A stretch of DNA of 64,000 nt from a virus (IMGVR_UViG_3300008267_000017:1-64000); one strand, 5' to 3'. Positions 8,456-17,855 are shown, counted from the first letter of the stretch. Program-made: numbers and translations. Notes: generated from the letters alone by a model not told the origin.

Positions 8456-8713
8456 ATTCTCTCCTCAAGTTTCAAAATAACATGTCGAAGCAGACTCCTC
8501 ATCTACCTCTAATGACAGATGTACCGTCACATCATGTGTGTAATAATTATCCATAGATGTTCTCGCAGATAACCGCACCTTTTCACGAATAATATCCATT
8601 ACAGCCTTCTCAAACTGCTCTTGTGTCTCAAATACTATCATATTCTCTCCTTATGTAATAAAAGCCTCAGAACGCTCATAATAAGACATTCCAAGGCTTC
8701 TGTCAAGTATCTT

Positions 8714-8920
8714 TTAAAGAATTACAAACTTACTTTCATATTCCTCAGCTTCTTCTTCGTAAGAAGTCCAATCCTCCCAAAGTGAGTGGCTTAATTCATT
8801 AGTGTATGCTACAGACGGAGTAGAAGTTTTCTCAGGGGATTGTCCGTGGTCGCAATAGGAATATACTTCTAAATCTTGTGGCATTTCTTTCAGTAATTCA
8901 ATTAGTTCAAAAACTTTCAT
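8714..8920 (-). CDS. hypothetical acidic protein
   Basis: ORF, co-oriented. Confidence 0.4.
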   Translation of the reverse strand: MKVFELIELLKEMPQDLEVYSYCDHGQSPEKTSTPSVAYTNELSHSLWEDWTSYEEEAEEYESKFVIL

Positions 8921-8930
8921 GTTGTTTCTC

Positions 8931-9128
8931 CTATTTAAATAATTTAGTTCGCATAATTAGAGCTACTAACAAAACAATAAATCCACCAAAAGAAGATAAG
9001 ATACATTGTACTATGGCTAAATCACTATTGATGAAGTCTGAGAAGCTATCTTGTTTTACATTATGCAGTGATAACAAACCTAGTAATCCTGAAGTCACCC
9101 ACATAATAATAAATAGAAATTCGATCAT
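8931..9128 (-). CDS. small membrane protein (2 predicted TM helices)
   Basis: Hydrophobic segments LFIIMWVTSGLLGLL and GFIVLLVALIM. Immediately downstream of the SPFH gene. Confidence 0.4.
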   Translation of the reverse strand: MIEFLFIIMWVTSGLLGLLSLHNVKQDSFSDFINSDLAIVQCILSSFGGFIVLLVALIMRTKLFK

Positions 9129-9129
9129 A

Positions 9130-9930
9130 TTACTTCCCTCCTACATTAACCATACCTTTGAAATCCATCGGCACAACAATCGTATTCACTTTACCTGCAG
9201 CAATACCCTCAGCAATTTTCATTTGTGCTTGAGCATTCATGTAAGCAATACTTTGTCCACTATTTGCTGCCAATGCTGCCATACGTTCAGATTCTTTCTT
9301 TGCAATCTCAACTTCTGTGGCTTTGATTTTCAATTCATTCTGAGCACGTACATACTCTGTGGCAGATTTGAGAATTTCAGCATTAGGAGCTACATTACGA
9401 ACTTGGATTGCAGAAATAGTGATACTCGTGTCAAGCTTCTCCTCTCGTAAAGACTCATTCAACAATACTAAAATTTCTTGCTCAATCTTAGCGCGACTGT
9501 CTGCTACTTCAAGTGCTTTGTACTGACGGATGGACTTGTAAGTGGCATTATTCACAAGTGTTGTGATGTAATTGTACATCAAATAAATGTCTCCGTCTTC
9601 TGCTGTGGCGTGAAAGCTCTTGGCTTTACTTGCATACAATTCAGATACGCTGCTAGGTGAAATGTTGTATACCACTGTCAAATCAAAGTCAGCTAATGCG
9701 CTATTGTCTGCTGTCAATGGTGTCTTATTTTCAACTGACAACGAAATATCCTTAACAGGAAATGTTAATACATTACCAAACATTGTTTGATTCCAACTAC
9801 CAGAAGGAAGTTCTGTCATCTGGATTTGTTTTGACATATCTTCTCGTACACCTACTTCACCTGTAGAGATGCGAGTACATCCTGTAGCTGCAATAACTAA
9901 TGATAATGCAATAATAATTTTCTTCATGTG
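9130..9930 (-). CDS. SPFH/band-7 (prohibitin-like) domain lipoprotein
   Basis: Signal peptide with lipobox MKKIIIALSLVIAATGC. The C-terminal Ala/Glu-rich coiled coil is typical of SPFH proteins. Start refined to MKK. Confidence 0.65.
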   Translation of the reverse strand, partial: HMKKIIIALSLVIAATGCTRISTGEVGVREDMSKQIQMTELPSGSWNQTMFGNVLTFPVKDISLSVENKTPLTADNSALADFDLTVVYNISPSSVSELYASKAKSFHATAEDGDIYLMYNYITTLVNNATYKSIRQYKALEVADSRAKIEQEILVLLNESLREEKLDTSITISAIQVRNVAPNAEILKSATEYVRAQNELKIKATEVEIAKKESERMAALAANSGQSIAYMNAQAQMKIAEGIAAGKVNTIVVPMDFKGMVNVGGK

Positions 9931-9950
9931 TTTCTCCTTAAAATAAACTA

Positions 9951-10115
9951 ATAAATAACCCTGATAAAACAAGTGCAATTGTAACACAACCCCCTAAGTA
10001 CGCAACAACTTTGACAGCTTTAATCTTTTCTTTTGTATCTGATGTAGTACACCACTTTATTGCTCCGAATACAAACAAAGCAACCAATGCGAAATAAACT
10101 AGCGATAAAAGCATT
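9951..10115 (-). CDS. small hydrophobic membrane protein (about 55 aa, below the ORF-track cutoff), possible partner of the SPFH protein
   Basis: Translates MLLSLVYFALVALFVFGAIKWCTTSDTKEKIKAV... with two hydrophobic stretches. Confidence 0.3.
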
Positions 10116-10125
10116 TAATTCTCCT

Positions 10126-10977
10126 CTATACAGCCATTGGTGCAGAAATTGATGGGTGACAGTAATAATCTCCTAAATGAATATCGTCAGGTTGCAAACT
10201 CTGAATCCAATCATAAGGTGAAATATCACAATCTTCATTCCAGCCCTTCATAATTAGCCAAGGCAAATAGTATTCTTCCCGTGACAACTGCTCTTTTACT
10301 TGTTCTATGTGGTTCTCATAAATATGCACATCACCTAAGAACATCTTCAAATGTCGTGGCTTATATCCTGTAGCCTCCGCAACAATGTGCAGTAGCAATG
10401 CATACGAAGCAATATTAAAAGGAATTCCTAAGAACAAGTCACAAGATCGTTGATTCATCGTCATAGACAACTCACGAGTTTCAACATTTGCGTAAAATTG
10501 AAAATCTGTATGGCATGGAGGTAGTGCCATTTGATCTACTTTTAGTGGATTCCATGCTGTAATACGAATACGTCTACTTGTCGGGTTATTTACAATCTCA
10601 TTTAAGGCATTCTTGATCTGGTTAACACCTTCACCATTATAGTTAATCCACTGTGAGCCGTAGATACATCCAAGGTCATCCTCTCCCTTACGTACGGGAT
10701 TCTTTAACCAAGCTTCATTCTCATTTGCATTCTGGTTCCAGATATTGCAACCAAGCTTCCGAAAGTCTGCAGCATTTGTATAGCCTCGCAAGAAACCTAA
10801 TAATTCTCCCTTAACGGCATTAAAAGCAAGTTTCTTCGTAGTAATAGCTGGAAAGCCATCATTCATATCAAATGACAGCATCTCTCCAACAATAGAATAA
10901 CAAGGGATTCCTGTGCGATTGTTTTGCAAGATTCCTTCGTCCAACACCTTCTGTAATAAATTGTGATACTGTTTCAT
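10126..10977 (-). CDS. thyA: thymidylate synthase (ThyA family; a dUMP/dCMP hydroxymethylase cannot be excluded)
   Basis: RTGIPCYSIVG folate-binding region, catalytic-Cys motif ALPPCH, DLFLGIPFNIASYALL. Confidence 0.85.
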   Translation of the reverse strand: MKQYHNLLQKVLDEGILQNNRTGIPCYSIVGEMLSFDMNDGFPAITTKKLAFNAVKGELLGFLRGYTNAADFRKLGCNIWNQNANENEAWLKNPVRKGEDDLGCIYGSQWINYNGEGVNQIKNALNEIVNNPTSRRIRITAWNPLKVDQMALPPCHTDFQFYANVETRELSMTMNQRSCDLFLGIPFNIASYALLLHIVAEATGYKPRHLKMFLGDVHIYENHIEQVKEQLSREEYYLPWLIMKGWNEDCDISPYDWIQSLQPDDIHLGDYYCHPSISAPMAV

Positions 10978-11243
10978 CGTACAAGTTTTCCTTTCGGCTC
11001 TGCCTCATTTAATTCATAAACACCTATGAACGGTGGATTTGGATATTCACTATAAGTTGTTGTAAGACCCCGTATATGACTCTCAAGTTGAACAACATAT
11101 TCTCGCAAGTCTTGTATTTCTTGATGCTTGAACAAATCTAATTTGTGCGCTATGTCAAGGCAATCTGTAGAAGTAAGTTTTCTATGATAGCAACATTCAT
11201 CCACATGTTCAATATAACTTTTAATGCGTCTAAAAACAATCAT
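10974..11243 (-). CDS. hypothetical protein
   Basis: ATGA overlap with thyA. Confidence 0.4.
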   Translation of the reverse strand: MIVFRRIKSYIEHVDECCYHRKLTSTDCLDIAHKLDLFKHQEIQDLREYVVQLESHIRGLTTTYSEYPNPPFIGVYELNEAEPKGKLVR

Positions 11244-11252
11244 TCTTCTCTC

Positions 11253-11456
11253 CTATCGAATCCCATAATATTTATCAAACACAAACTCTGCCACTCCAAA
11301 TTTGTACCTTTCGTTGTAACTATTAGTACGAATTGAGGGTGTGCTGTTAGCAATCCACCTGTCAGCATCTCCCTTACGTCTATAAAACTGAGACACTTGT
11401 TGCATTGTCACTTCATTTATGACGCAATAGGCTTTTACTTTTTCAATTGTTTTCAT
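11253..11456 (-). CDS. hypothetical protein
   Basis: ORF in the array. Confidence 0.4.
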   Translation of the reverse strand: MKTIEKVKAYCVINEVTMQQVSQFYRRKGDADRWIANSTPSIRTNSYNERYKFGVAEFVFDKYYGIR

Positions 11457-11698
11457 GTGTTCTCCTTATAATCTTTCAAGATAATAGCCTTCTCTCCAGC
11501 ACATTGAAGACGTTTCATCCTGCCTTTGTAGTAGTCTGTACCAGATACTCGCACACAATGCATCTGCTTATCAATAGCGTCAACAATATAGATATTCTGA
11601 ACAGCTCTAGTCTTATTCTCTAACTCAGCATAAGCTAAATAGTCTCCCACTTTTATTTCTTCTCCAAACATGTCTTTGAACATATCATCCTCCAGCAT
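11453..11698 (-). CDS. hypothetical protein
   Basis: Overlapping stop and start. Confidence 0.4.
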   Translation of the reverse strand: MLEDDMFKDMFGEEIKVGDYLAYAELENKTRAVQNIYIVDAIDKQMHCVRVSGTDYYKGRMKRLQCAGEKAIILKDYKENT

Positions 11699-12005
11699 TA
11701 CGATTATTCATCTGTGTAGCCACTTCATCATAAACCATATCTGCAATATAGTCCTTCAACAATACGCCAAGCTGACTCTCAAATGTTGGAATCTGCTCTG
11801 GAATTTCATCTTTTGAGCGAGGGTTTAAAATGCCGAGCTTGACAGCTACATCATAATGAACAAGCTTCTTAATTTCAGTTGTATGTTGATAAGCTCCATA
11901 CCCCGCTGTATTTTCTGGAGTAGATTTCAATGATACGTTCACAAATTCCTTACGATCACCCTGCTTACCACTAATATCACAAATATATGTTGTTACAATT
12001 GCCAT
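11685..12005 (-). CDS. hypothetical protein (start refined to MAIVTT)
   Basis: ORF; the internal Met is preferred. Confidence 0.4.
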   Translation of the reverse strand: MAIVTTYICDISGKQGDRKEFVNVSLKSTPENTAGYGAYQHTTEIKKLVHYDVAVKLGILNPRSKDEIPEQIPTFESQLGVLLKDYIADMVYDEVATQMNNRNAGG

Positions 12006-12015
12006 GTTATTCTCC

Positions 12016-12237
12016 TTATCCAATAAAAATATGTTGCTCTGTGACAGCAACTTCAAATACTTCCAAACGTAAATAGACAGCGTTACCTCTGGCATTCAAT
12101 ACGTCATCATCTCCAAGATGATACATAAGCTTCTGGTAGTTAATCCTGTCTAAATAGAGGTTACTCGCCATAGAATGACAGAGCATTTTCCAACTTAAGT
12201 CACTTTTAATTTTCTTCAATAATTGTTCTGTTGTCAT
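12016..12237 (-). CDS. hypothetical protein
   Basis: ORF. Confidence 0.35.
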   Translation of the reverse strand: MTTEQLLKKIKSDLSWKMLCHSMASNLYLDRINYQKLMYHLGDDDVLNARGNAVYLRLEVFEVAVTEQHIFIG

Positions 12238-12632
12238 TTCCTCTCCTGTGAAAACACTAAATCTCCAATACGTTTATGTTTTGTTGCCCACTTGTGCTTA
12301 CTTCTAAAATGATTGAAGTACAAATACTTCTCATCCAACAGCACTTTAGGCATTCTACGCACTGTTCTATAATGTGTCAACCACTCTTTACTAACTTTCT
12401 TCACACCATGACGCATATAAGGATATTGAGAAGGCTTCATAAGCTCTTTACAAGCTGTTAGACGAGACTTTAGAAGTCTATGGTGAAGGACATCCAACAC
12501 AGCTCTCTGAGCCTCTACAGGCTGATTACGAGCTTCCTTCCACAGCATGTAAGCCTTGGCAGATTCATCATTACAATTAGCCATAACAGAATTAGCAGCA
12601 AGTAATAAGGATATGGCTAATATGTATTTCAT
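12234..12632 (-). CDS. secreted SleB/CwlJ-family cell wall hydrolase-like protein (candidate endolysin)
   Basis: Signal peptide MKYILAISLLLAANSVMA. EARNQPVEAQRAVLDVLHHR resembles the SleB motif EARGE..G..AVA.VI.NR. Confidence 0.5.
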   Translation of the reverse strand: MKYILAISLLLAANSVMANCNDESAKAYMLWKEARNQPVEAQRAVLDVLHHRLLKSRLTACKELMKPSQYPYMRHGVKKVSKEWLTHYRTVRRMPKVLLDEKYLYFNHFRSKHKWATKHKRIGDLVFSQERK

Positions 12633-12826
12633 TCAAGTTCCTTTTCATCATAAATAAGTTCTACAATATTCCAGATGAAACTTCCTAAAATATAGCACAT
12701 ATACACAGCTAGAATGATTAGTACTGAGTAAAATACATACCACCCGAAGCTTACAACAACTACAAATAAAAGTAAAACAACCATTGCAATAGAAAATCCT
12801 AGTATAAATTTTAGTATGTGTTTCAT
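12629..12826 (-). CDS. holin-like small membrane protein (2 TM), immediately upstream of the SleB-like hydrolase
   Basis: MKHILKFILGFSIAMVVLLLFVVVVSFGWYVFYSVLIILAVYMCYILG with a charged C-terminus. AGGAAGG RBS. ATGA overlap with the hydrolase. Confidence 0.45.
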   Translation of the reverse strand: MKHILKFILGFSIAMVVLLLFVVVVSFGWYVFYSVLIILAVYMCYILGSFIWNIVELIYDEKELE

Positions 12827-13194
12827 AACTCTACCTTCCTTTGATGAACCTTCCAATTCTCCCATTGCTCCTCTGTCATTTCATCTGGACAATACTCGAT
12901 CATTAAGCTGTCTATTAGGTATTGCTGGTGTGCAATCTTACGCTTATACTCATCAAATAATGGCAGTCGATCACTTGGCAAGTCTGTGCGATGCGTGGCT
13001 ACGTGCAAACGTTCTTTCAAATCTGCGTGGTTTGCTTTCCAGTGCTTCACTTCTTTTTGCAGTTTCATCACTTCGTTCTGACTTGCTTCTAGTGCTGTGC
13101 GTAGTTCGTCAATTTCAATTGTTTTTGCAAATGTTAAGTATGGGAACTTGTTTTTTGCGCTCGCTTCAAAAGCTTCTCTCATCTGTTCTTTCAT
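12823..13194 (-). CDS. hypothetical coiled-coil protein
   Basis: ORF. Confidence 0.4.
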   Translation of the reverse strand: MKEQMREAFEASAKNKFPYLTFAKTIEIDELRTALEASQNEVMKLQKEVKHWKANHADLKERLHVATHRTDLPSDRLPLFDEYKRKIAHQQYLIDSLMIEYCPDEMTEEQWENWKVHQRKVEL

Positions 13195-13379
13195 TGCTGG
13201 TTCTCCTTTTTCTTATACTGCGATACGTGGGCATGTTTACAGTTCATACAGAAATCAATACTTGCTGTTCCGCATTGCCACGCTTTGTAATCTTCATATC
13301 TTGCACATTCAGTCTTTTTGCATTCATCACCTTTTCTTGGCTTAGGGTGAAATTGCGCATAGAAATCTTTCATTCTCAT
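13191..13379 (-). CDS. Cys-rich zinc-finger-like small protein
   Basis: CKKTEC...C...C..CKHAH. Confidence 0.4.
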   Translation of the reverse strand: MRMKDFYAQFHPKPRKGDECKKTECARYEDYKAWQCGTASIDFCMNCKHAHVSQYKKKENQQ

Positions 13380-13591
13380 TATTCCTTAGATGCTATAGCT
13401 GCGTCATCAAAATCTTCATCAAGCCCGAAAGCTGCAAGCTTTTCGTTAAGTTGCATAACTTGATTCCAATACATTGCAGATTCTTTCTTTGCCTCTGCTA
13501 ACTCTGTCTCTAGCTCTTTGATGCGATTCTCTTGTAGTAGAATCACTTCTCCCATATCAGCTAGCACTGAATAATCTTTTTCTTCGCTCAT
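13379..13591 (-). CDS. hypothetical coiled-coil protein
   Basis: ORF. Confidence 0.4.
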   Translation of the reverse strand: MSEEKDYSVLADMGEVILLQENRIKELETELAEAKKESAMYWNQVMQLNEKLAAFGLDEDFDDAAIASKE

Positions 13592-13606
13592 ATCTTCTCC
13601 TTGTTG

Positions 13607-13927
13607 TTAGTGAATACTTTTTCCAATGTCTTCGTTCGAAGCTTTACGATATGGGTGACACCAAGGCAGTCCTTTTCGTTCTGGTCTTCCGTATCCGACG
13701 TTATACTTTTCAAATTTTCCGACCTGTCTAAATTTTCCCGATTTTGTTTGAATTACCTTAGCCCACCAGTCCTGCCGAGCATACCTATGACCACAGATAT
13801 TCCAACGCTCCATATACACATATAACTCAATAGTTCCATCTGAAAATTCATAGGCATATAGTTGTTTTTCTGTTACGTCTCGCTTAATCCAGTTAATGAA
13901 TTTCTTTAGCATTCGAAAAACTTTCAT
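13607..13927 (-). CDS. hypothetical protein
   Basis: ORF. Confidence 0.4.
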   Translation of the reverse strand: MKVFRMLKKFINWIKRDVTEKQLYAYEFSDGTIELYVYMERWNICGHRYARQDWWAKVIQTKSGKFRQVGKFEKYNVGYGRPERKGLPWCHPYRKASNEDIGKSIH

Positions 13928-14154
13928 TTTGCAAAATCCTTTCTCTGGCTAACATACTCTTGCAATCGATCAATCGTCCAACCATTACTTATGCAAACAG
14001 AAAATGGCAATCTCTGAACAGCAGCTAAAGGAAGTTTATTTAAGAAATCGTCACCCCATTTTTTGAAACCGTACTCTGCATGTGCGTAATGTCTAACTGA
14101 GTATTTAAACAAATTACCGCTTCCATACTGAGTGCATAGTCTACAAATATTCAT
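13924..14154 (-). CDS. hypothetical Cys-containing protein
   Basis: ORF. Confidence 0.4.
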   Translation of the reverse strand: MNICRLCTQYGSGNLFKYSVRHYAHAEYGFKKWGDDFLNKLPLAAVQRLPFSVCISNGWTIDRLQEYVSQRKDFAK

Positions 14155-14263
14155 ATCTTCTCCTTCAGAAATGTGTAAGCTGTCTGCACAGCCACAAATA
14201 CAATAAAACTAATTGCTGTAACAAAGTAGCACTTTAACAGCCACAGGAGAAATAATAATGCAT

Positions 14264-14488
14264 CTATAAACATATGTCAAGCCCTTTCTTATAAATTCTT
14301 TTAAACTCCTCTGGAGCATAATAATTCCACAATGTGAAATGTTCATCATAAAGCTTCTGCATACGTTGTAGCTGTGCTAGTTCTTCACGTCCTTTACGAT
14401 ATACTCTGAAATCATCTGAGAACTCAAAGAAGAAATCGTGAGCTGCTAGACATTTCTCGTAGAGAGCTATTGACATGACTGTTCCCAT
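14264..14488 (-). CDS. hypothetical protein
   Basis: ORF. Confidence 0.4.
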   Translation of the reverse strand: MGTVMSIALYEKCLAAHDFFFEFSDDFRVYRKGREELAQLQRMQKLYDEHFTLWNYYAPEEFKRIYKKGLDICL

Positions 14489-14760
14489 TCTTCAAGCTTA
14501 CTCAAAACATTCTGCCAAGAAGCTCTGTCCCAATCATGTCCTAAAGCATATTGGTACTGATTGTGACTCATCTCCCGTTGTTCAGAATCTTCTTTGAAAG
14601 CGAACTTGAGTTCTCTAAGCATAAGCTTCTTAGTTTTGTCAGGTATTTCATCGAAGTTGGTTAGGAAAGCTTCTTCAAATTCTGAGACAATATAGCTCAC
14701 TCTCCCAAGGGTGTAGCGGAAAGCACAAAACCATATTGTGTCTAAATGTGTTTGTTTCAT
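14467..14760 (-). CDS. hypothetical protein
   Basis: ORF. Confidence 0.4.
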   Translation of the reverse strand: MKQTHLDTIWFCAFRYTLGRVSYIVSEFEEAFLTNFDEIPDKTKKLMLRELKFAFKEDSEQREMSHNQYQYALGHDWDRASWQNVLSKLEEWEQSCQ

Positions 14761-15029
14761 ACATTCTCCAGATAGAGATGTTTCACAACATCCTTACGCT
14801 TAACAGAATGCACAGGATGCAGAATGTGCTTCTCTCCTAAATATTGCTTTGCAGCCTCTAATTTATCCTGCATCTTTTCTGCATTGTTTTCTGCATGTAT
14901 TCCTGCAGAATAAAGACAGTCTAATGTGTGAGCTTGGTCGTCTGACACCATACACTTTTGTTTAAACATATTGAATAATTTCATATTAGTCCTTTGCTTG
15001 GTTATCAAAATAAATTTGTTTAGCTGCAT
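14757..15029 (-). CDS. hypothetical protein
   Basis: ORF. Confidence 0.4.
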   Translation of the reverse strand: MQLNKFILITKQRTNMKLFNMFKQKCMVSDDQAHTLDCLYSAGIHAENNAEKMQDKLEAAKQYLGEKHILHPVHSVKRKDVVKHLYLENV

Positions 15030-15186
15030 AAAAGGCGTTGTGAAGTCCTACCCATTGATGTTCAGCTTCATAGAATAAATGGTCTCTCTGAGTACCAAAG
15101 TATTGCCTAGCAAACTCATTACGTTTATGCCTAGCCTTATAAACTCTCCAAGCTAAGTTTGCTAGGATTTTACGTTCTGTGGTCAT
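14986..15186 (-). CDS. hypothetical protein
   Basis: ORF. Confidence 0.35.
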   Translation of the reverse strand: MTTERKILANLAWRVYKARHKRNEFARQYFGTQRDHLFYEAEHQWVGLHNAFYAAKQIYFDNQAKD

Positions 15187-15334
15187 ACGTTCTCCTCAAT
15201 AATTCTGAATGATAATTCTGGCTCAAACTTCAATCCATCTTTCCCATCGTAGAACACACTGCCAACACTGTCAACAACATAATGATTTTGCCAGTTGATA
15301 GCTTCACCTGTAGCTTTATTGTAAAATTCCAGTT

Positions 15335-15538
15335 TCATATTAAATCCTCCTCTTTAACTAAATAAGCATACTTATATCCTTTTGAAGTAATTTTATTATT
15401 TCTAGAGTTAAAATCTTCAACAAAAGATTCAGCTTCAGGTATTGTACTAAAATACAAAGTGTCGGCAATGGAAGGTATATACCCATTCTCTATTTCAATA
15501 TTTACTTTTACTGTTCTATTCATATCAAATCCTTCCAA
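15335..15538 (-). CDS. hypothetical protein
   Basis: ORF. Confidence 0.35.
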   Translation of the reverse strand: MEGFDMNRTVKVNIEIENGYIPSIADTLYFSTIPEAESFVEDFNSRNNKITSKGYKYAYLVKEEDLI

Positions 15539-15727
15539 TTAGGTTCATAAGTAATTTGCTAGGCTCAATTCTAGGCATATTATCAGAGTATGTCAAGAAG
15601 TTTGCATCTGATTCTTTATAATTATTGAAAAGTATCATTTCCATAGCATAAGACTTTCCGTAATGAGTGCCTCCTCCGACAATTAGAACTCTCTTATCAT
15701 CTTTTACGTAGAGTTCTTCCTTCATAC
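15525..15727 (-). CDS. hypothetical protein (start refined to MKEEL, ATGA-coupled to the recombinase stop)
   Basis: GGGTHYGKS is P-loop-like but short. Confidence 0.35.
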
Positions 15728-16372
15728 ACTCCCTTTCATAGAAATTTGCTTCTGCAACTGGTTCCATTTCGCTTCTAATTGCTTGAAAGCCTCTGCACAA
15801 GAATATTGCTTCTTGTACGTGCTTACACTTTTCTCAGATACACCATGTCGGTGAGCCACATTCATACGAGAAACACCAGCTTGCAAGTCTGCTAGGATAG
15901 CTTTGATTTTGTCTGGGGAGTTTGTTTGTCTTTTGCCAAGTATCACCCCTTCAGCTTTGCGTCTAGCTAATCCCGATATTACACGCTTCTTGATACTTTT
16001 GAGTTCATTAGCTGCCAACACAGCATGAATGTCAAACTCAATTTTATCATCCTCTCCTTGCAGAACTTTACCAATTTGAAGGATGTTAATCTTCACTCCA
16101 CGTTTGAGAAGTGTTTCAGCAATCGAGATAGTATTACCAGAGCCACGACCCCAACGGTCTACACGAGTGCTGTAAATGGTTGTGTCAGAGTCTACTTCCT
16201 CAATCATACGAGAGAACCCTGCACGTTCATACACACTCTTTGCACCACTAATTCCGTGGTCGATGTAGTAGGCATCGAATTTACCACCGATAAATTCTTC
16301 AAGCTCAAAAATTTGATTTTCTGGGCATTGATCTGTGCGCGAAACACGAGCATAAAGTACACGTTTTGACAT
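15722..16372 (-). CDS. small serine recombinase (resolvase/invertase family) with C-terminal HTH
   Basis: RVLYARVSRTDQ holds the catalytic Ser. VDRWGRGSGNTISIAETLLKRGVKINIL resembles the resolvase DRLGRS block. C-terminal HTH VSRMNVAHRHGVSEKSVSTYKK. Confidence 0.85.
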   Translation of the reverse strand: MSKRVLYARVSRTDQCPENQIFELEEFIGGKFDAYYIDHGISGAKSVYERAGFSRMIEEVDSDTTIYSTRVDRWGRGSGNTISIAETLLKRGVKINILQIGKVLQGEDDKIEFDIHAVLAANELKSIKKRVISGLARRKAEGVILGKRQTNSPDKIKAILADLQAGVSRMNVAHRHGVSEKSVSTYKKQYSCAEAFKQLEAKWNQLQKQISMKGSV

Positions 16373-16403
16373 TTGAATTTCTCCAACAAGTTAATATGTG
16401 CTC

Positions 16404-16432
16404 ATTGTGGCAGAACTATTTTGAGCTGTCAA
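16404..16432 (-). promoter_or_regulatory. sigma70-like promoter TTGACAGCTC-17-CACAAT followed by a conserved GAGCACATATTAAC element
   Basis: Reverse complement of 16427-16432 (-35) and 16404-16409 (-10). Near-identical architecture to the promoter at 17856-17884. Confidence 0.4.
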
Positions 16433-16619
16433 GGATTATTTCAACATTAGCGAAAGGTTGTTCAGGAAGATGCTGTTCAATCATCTCTTTGTACCAATCT
16501 TCCCACTCTTGACGTTGAGCACAACCATATCCGTGAGGCTGCTCAACAGGCTTTCTCTTCTCAACAGTAGCCCACCCACCACAATAACAATAATTTTTAA
16601 ATGTTTTCATCAGCATCAA
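16416..16619 (-). CDS. hypothetical Cys/Trp-rich protein
   Basis: ORF. Confidence 0.4.
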   Translation of the reverse strand: MMLMKTFKNYCYCGGWATVEKRKPVEQPHGYGCAQRQEWEDWYKEMIEQHLPEQPFANVEIILDSSK

Positions 16620-16839
16620 ACTCTCGTAATAGCGCTTTAAATTTCTCTAGGAATTCATCTTTTCGTGTCATGTTATTCTCCATCATAGTAAATTCTAACC
16701 CCAGATTTAACAGTAATTTCTTCTCTGCCATCGAAATAGTTCTTAGTTTCAACAAACCAACACTGACCTGTAGGATCCATTACATCCCTCCAAGAAATTG
16801 TGTAATCTGGCATGTTTATGTGGATTGTTTCTTCTGTTG

Positions 16840-17034
16840 TCATTCTATTCCTTTCAAATAATCTTCATACTCCTCTTTAGAAATAATCTCCACTTCTTCT
16901 CCTGCGAATAAGTGTACTACACTATCTCCGAGTTTACAGAAGGAGTACATACCATCTACGTGATCGAAGAAGAAACATTCTCCATCAGGCACCCTGCGTA
17001 TATAACTTTGTCTTGGTACGTTGTATAGCTTCAT
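16840..17034 (-). CDS. hypothetical protein
   Basis: ORF. Confidence 0.4.
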   Translation of the reverse strand: MKLYNVPRQSYIRRVPDGECFFFDHVDGMYSFCKLGDSVVHLFAGEEVEIISKEEYEDYLKGIE

Positions 17035-17199
17035 CTCATTTCTCCTTCAATTTACCAACAAACCACATAGCTCCTATCATAGCTAAAGCTCCTCGGAAGA
17101 ATCCGTTGAAGTGCTCTGATACACCATGTACTAAGACTATCATAATAGAAGCTAACACAATAGCCACACATAATTCAATAATAAACCACATGAATTCTT

Positions 17200-17604
17200 T
17201 CATTTAACCTCCTCCAGTTTCTTTTCAACTACCTTAACACCCTTGTCAATTCCCTCTGACAACTGCTCTTCAAGCTTCTTGTCAACAATCTTATACACTT
17301 TATCTAATGTAGCTGCTGTCTTAGGACTGTTAGCAATATCTTGAGCTATAGAGGCTCCTGTCATAATATACATGGTACGCTCTGAAGGAATTAGGACAGC
17401 CAACAGAATTGCAATTACAACACTAGTAATCCACTTCTTGATATGCTTGAAAGGATTCTCAGGCTTCTTAGTTTCATCTGCATGAATAATCTTTGCAAAC
17501 TTTACAACGCCAATCAAGATTATGCTGAATATAGCATACAACGAAATCACGACAGTTAATGAATGAACTACGCTTGCCAAATACACTAATAATACAATAC
17601 TCAT
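17200..17604 (-). CDS. membrane protein (3 predicted TM helices)
   Basis: Long hydrophobic N-terminal half and a charged C-terminus. Confidence 0.5.
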   Translation of the reverse strand: MSIVLLVYLASVVHSLTVVISLYAIFSIILIGVVKFAKIIHADETKKPENPFKHIKKWITSVVIAILLAVLIPSERTMYIMTGASIAQDIANSPKTAATLDKVYKIVDKKLEEQLSEGIDKGVKVVEKKLEEVK

Positions 17605-17628
17605 GTTATTCCCCTTTAAAATTAGTAA

Positions 17629-17826
17629 TTAAGCACACATTGCAATAAAATCTGTTTTGTACATCTCTTTAACCTTATCTGCAAATTCCTTGTCACCAAA
17701 CTGATGTGACCATACAGGATGTCCTATACGCTTCTTTACATCCTCGTGGAAATCTCCGAATTTGCAAGCCATAATACCTGTGTAGCCTGAAATGATGATA
17801 GCTTGATCTTTTATGAATTTTTGCAT
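17629..17826 (-). CDS. hypothetical protein (first gene of the minus-strand early arm)
   Basis: AAAGGAGAACACA RBS. A promoter lies just upstream. Confidence 0.45.
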   Translation of the reverse strand: MQKFIKDQAIIISGYTGIMACKFGDFHEDVKKRIGHPVWSHQFGDKEFADKVKEMYKTDFIAMCA

Positions 17827-17855
17827 TGTGTTCTCCTTTTGGTTAATGTGTAGTC

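Noticed and set aside
12816-13463. Plus-strand 215-aa ORF across the minus-strand small-gene array
   Set aside because: It overlaps four co-oriented, translationally coupled minus-strand genes and has no RBS. The plus ORFs 343-588, 1257-1457, 1814-2059, 4120-4302, 8878-9450, 16025-16369, 26091-26399, 26558-26893, 28487-29519 and 30041-30373 were rejected likewise.
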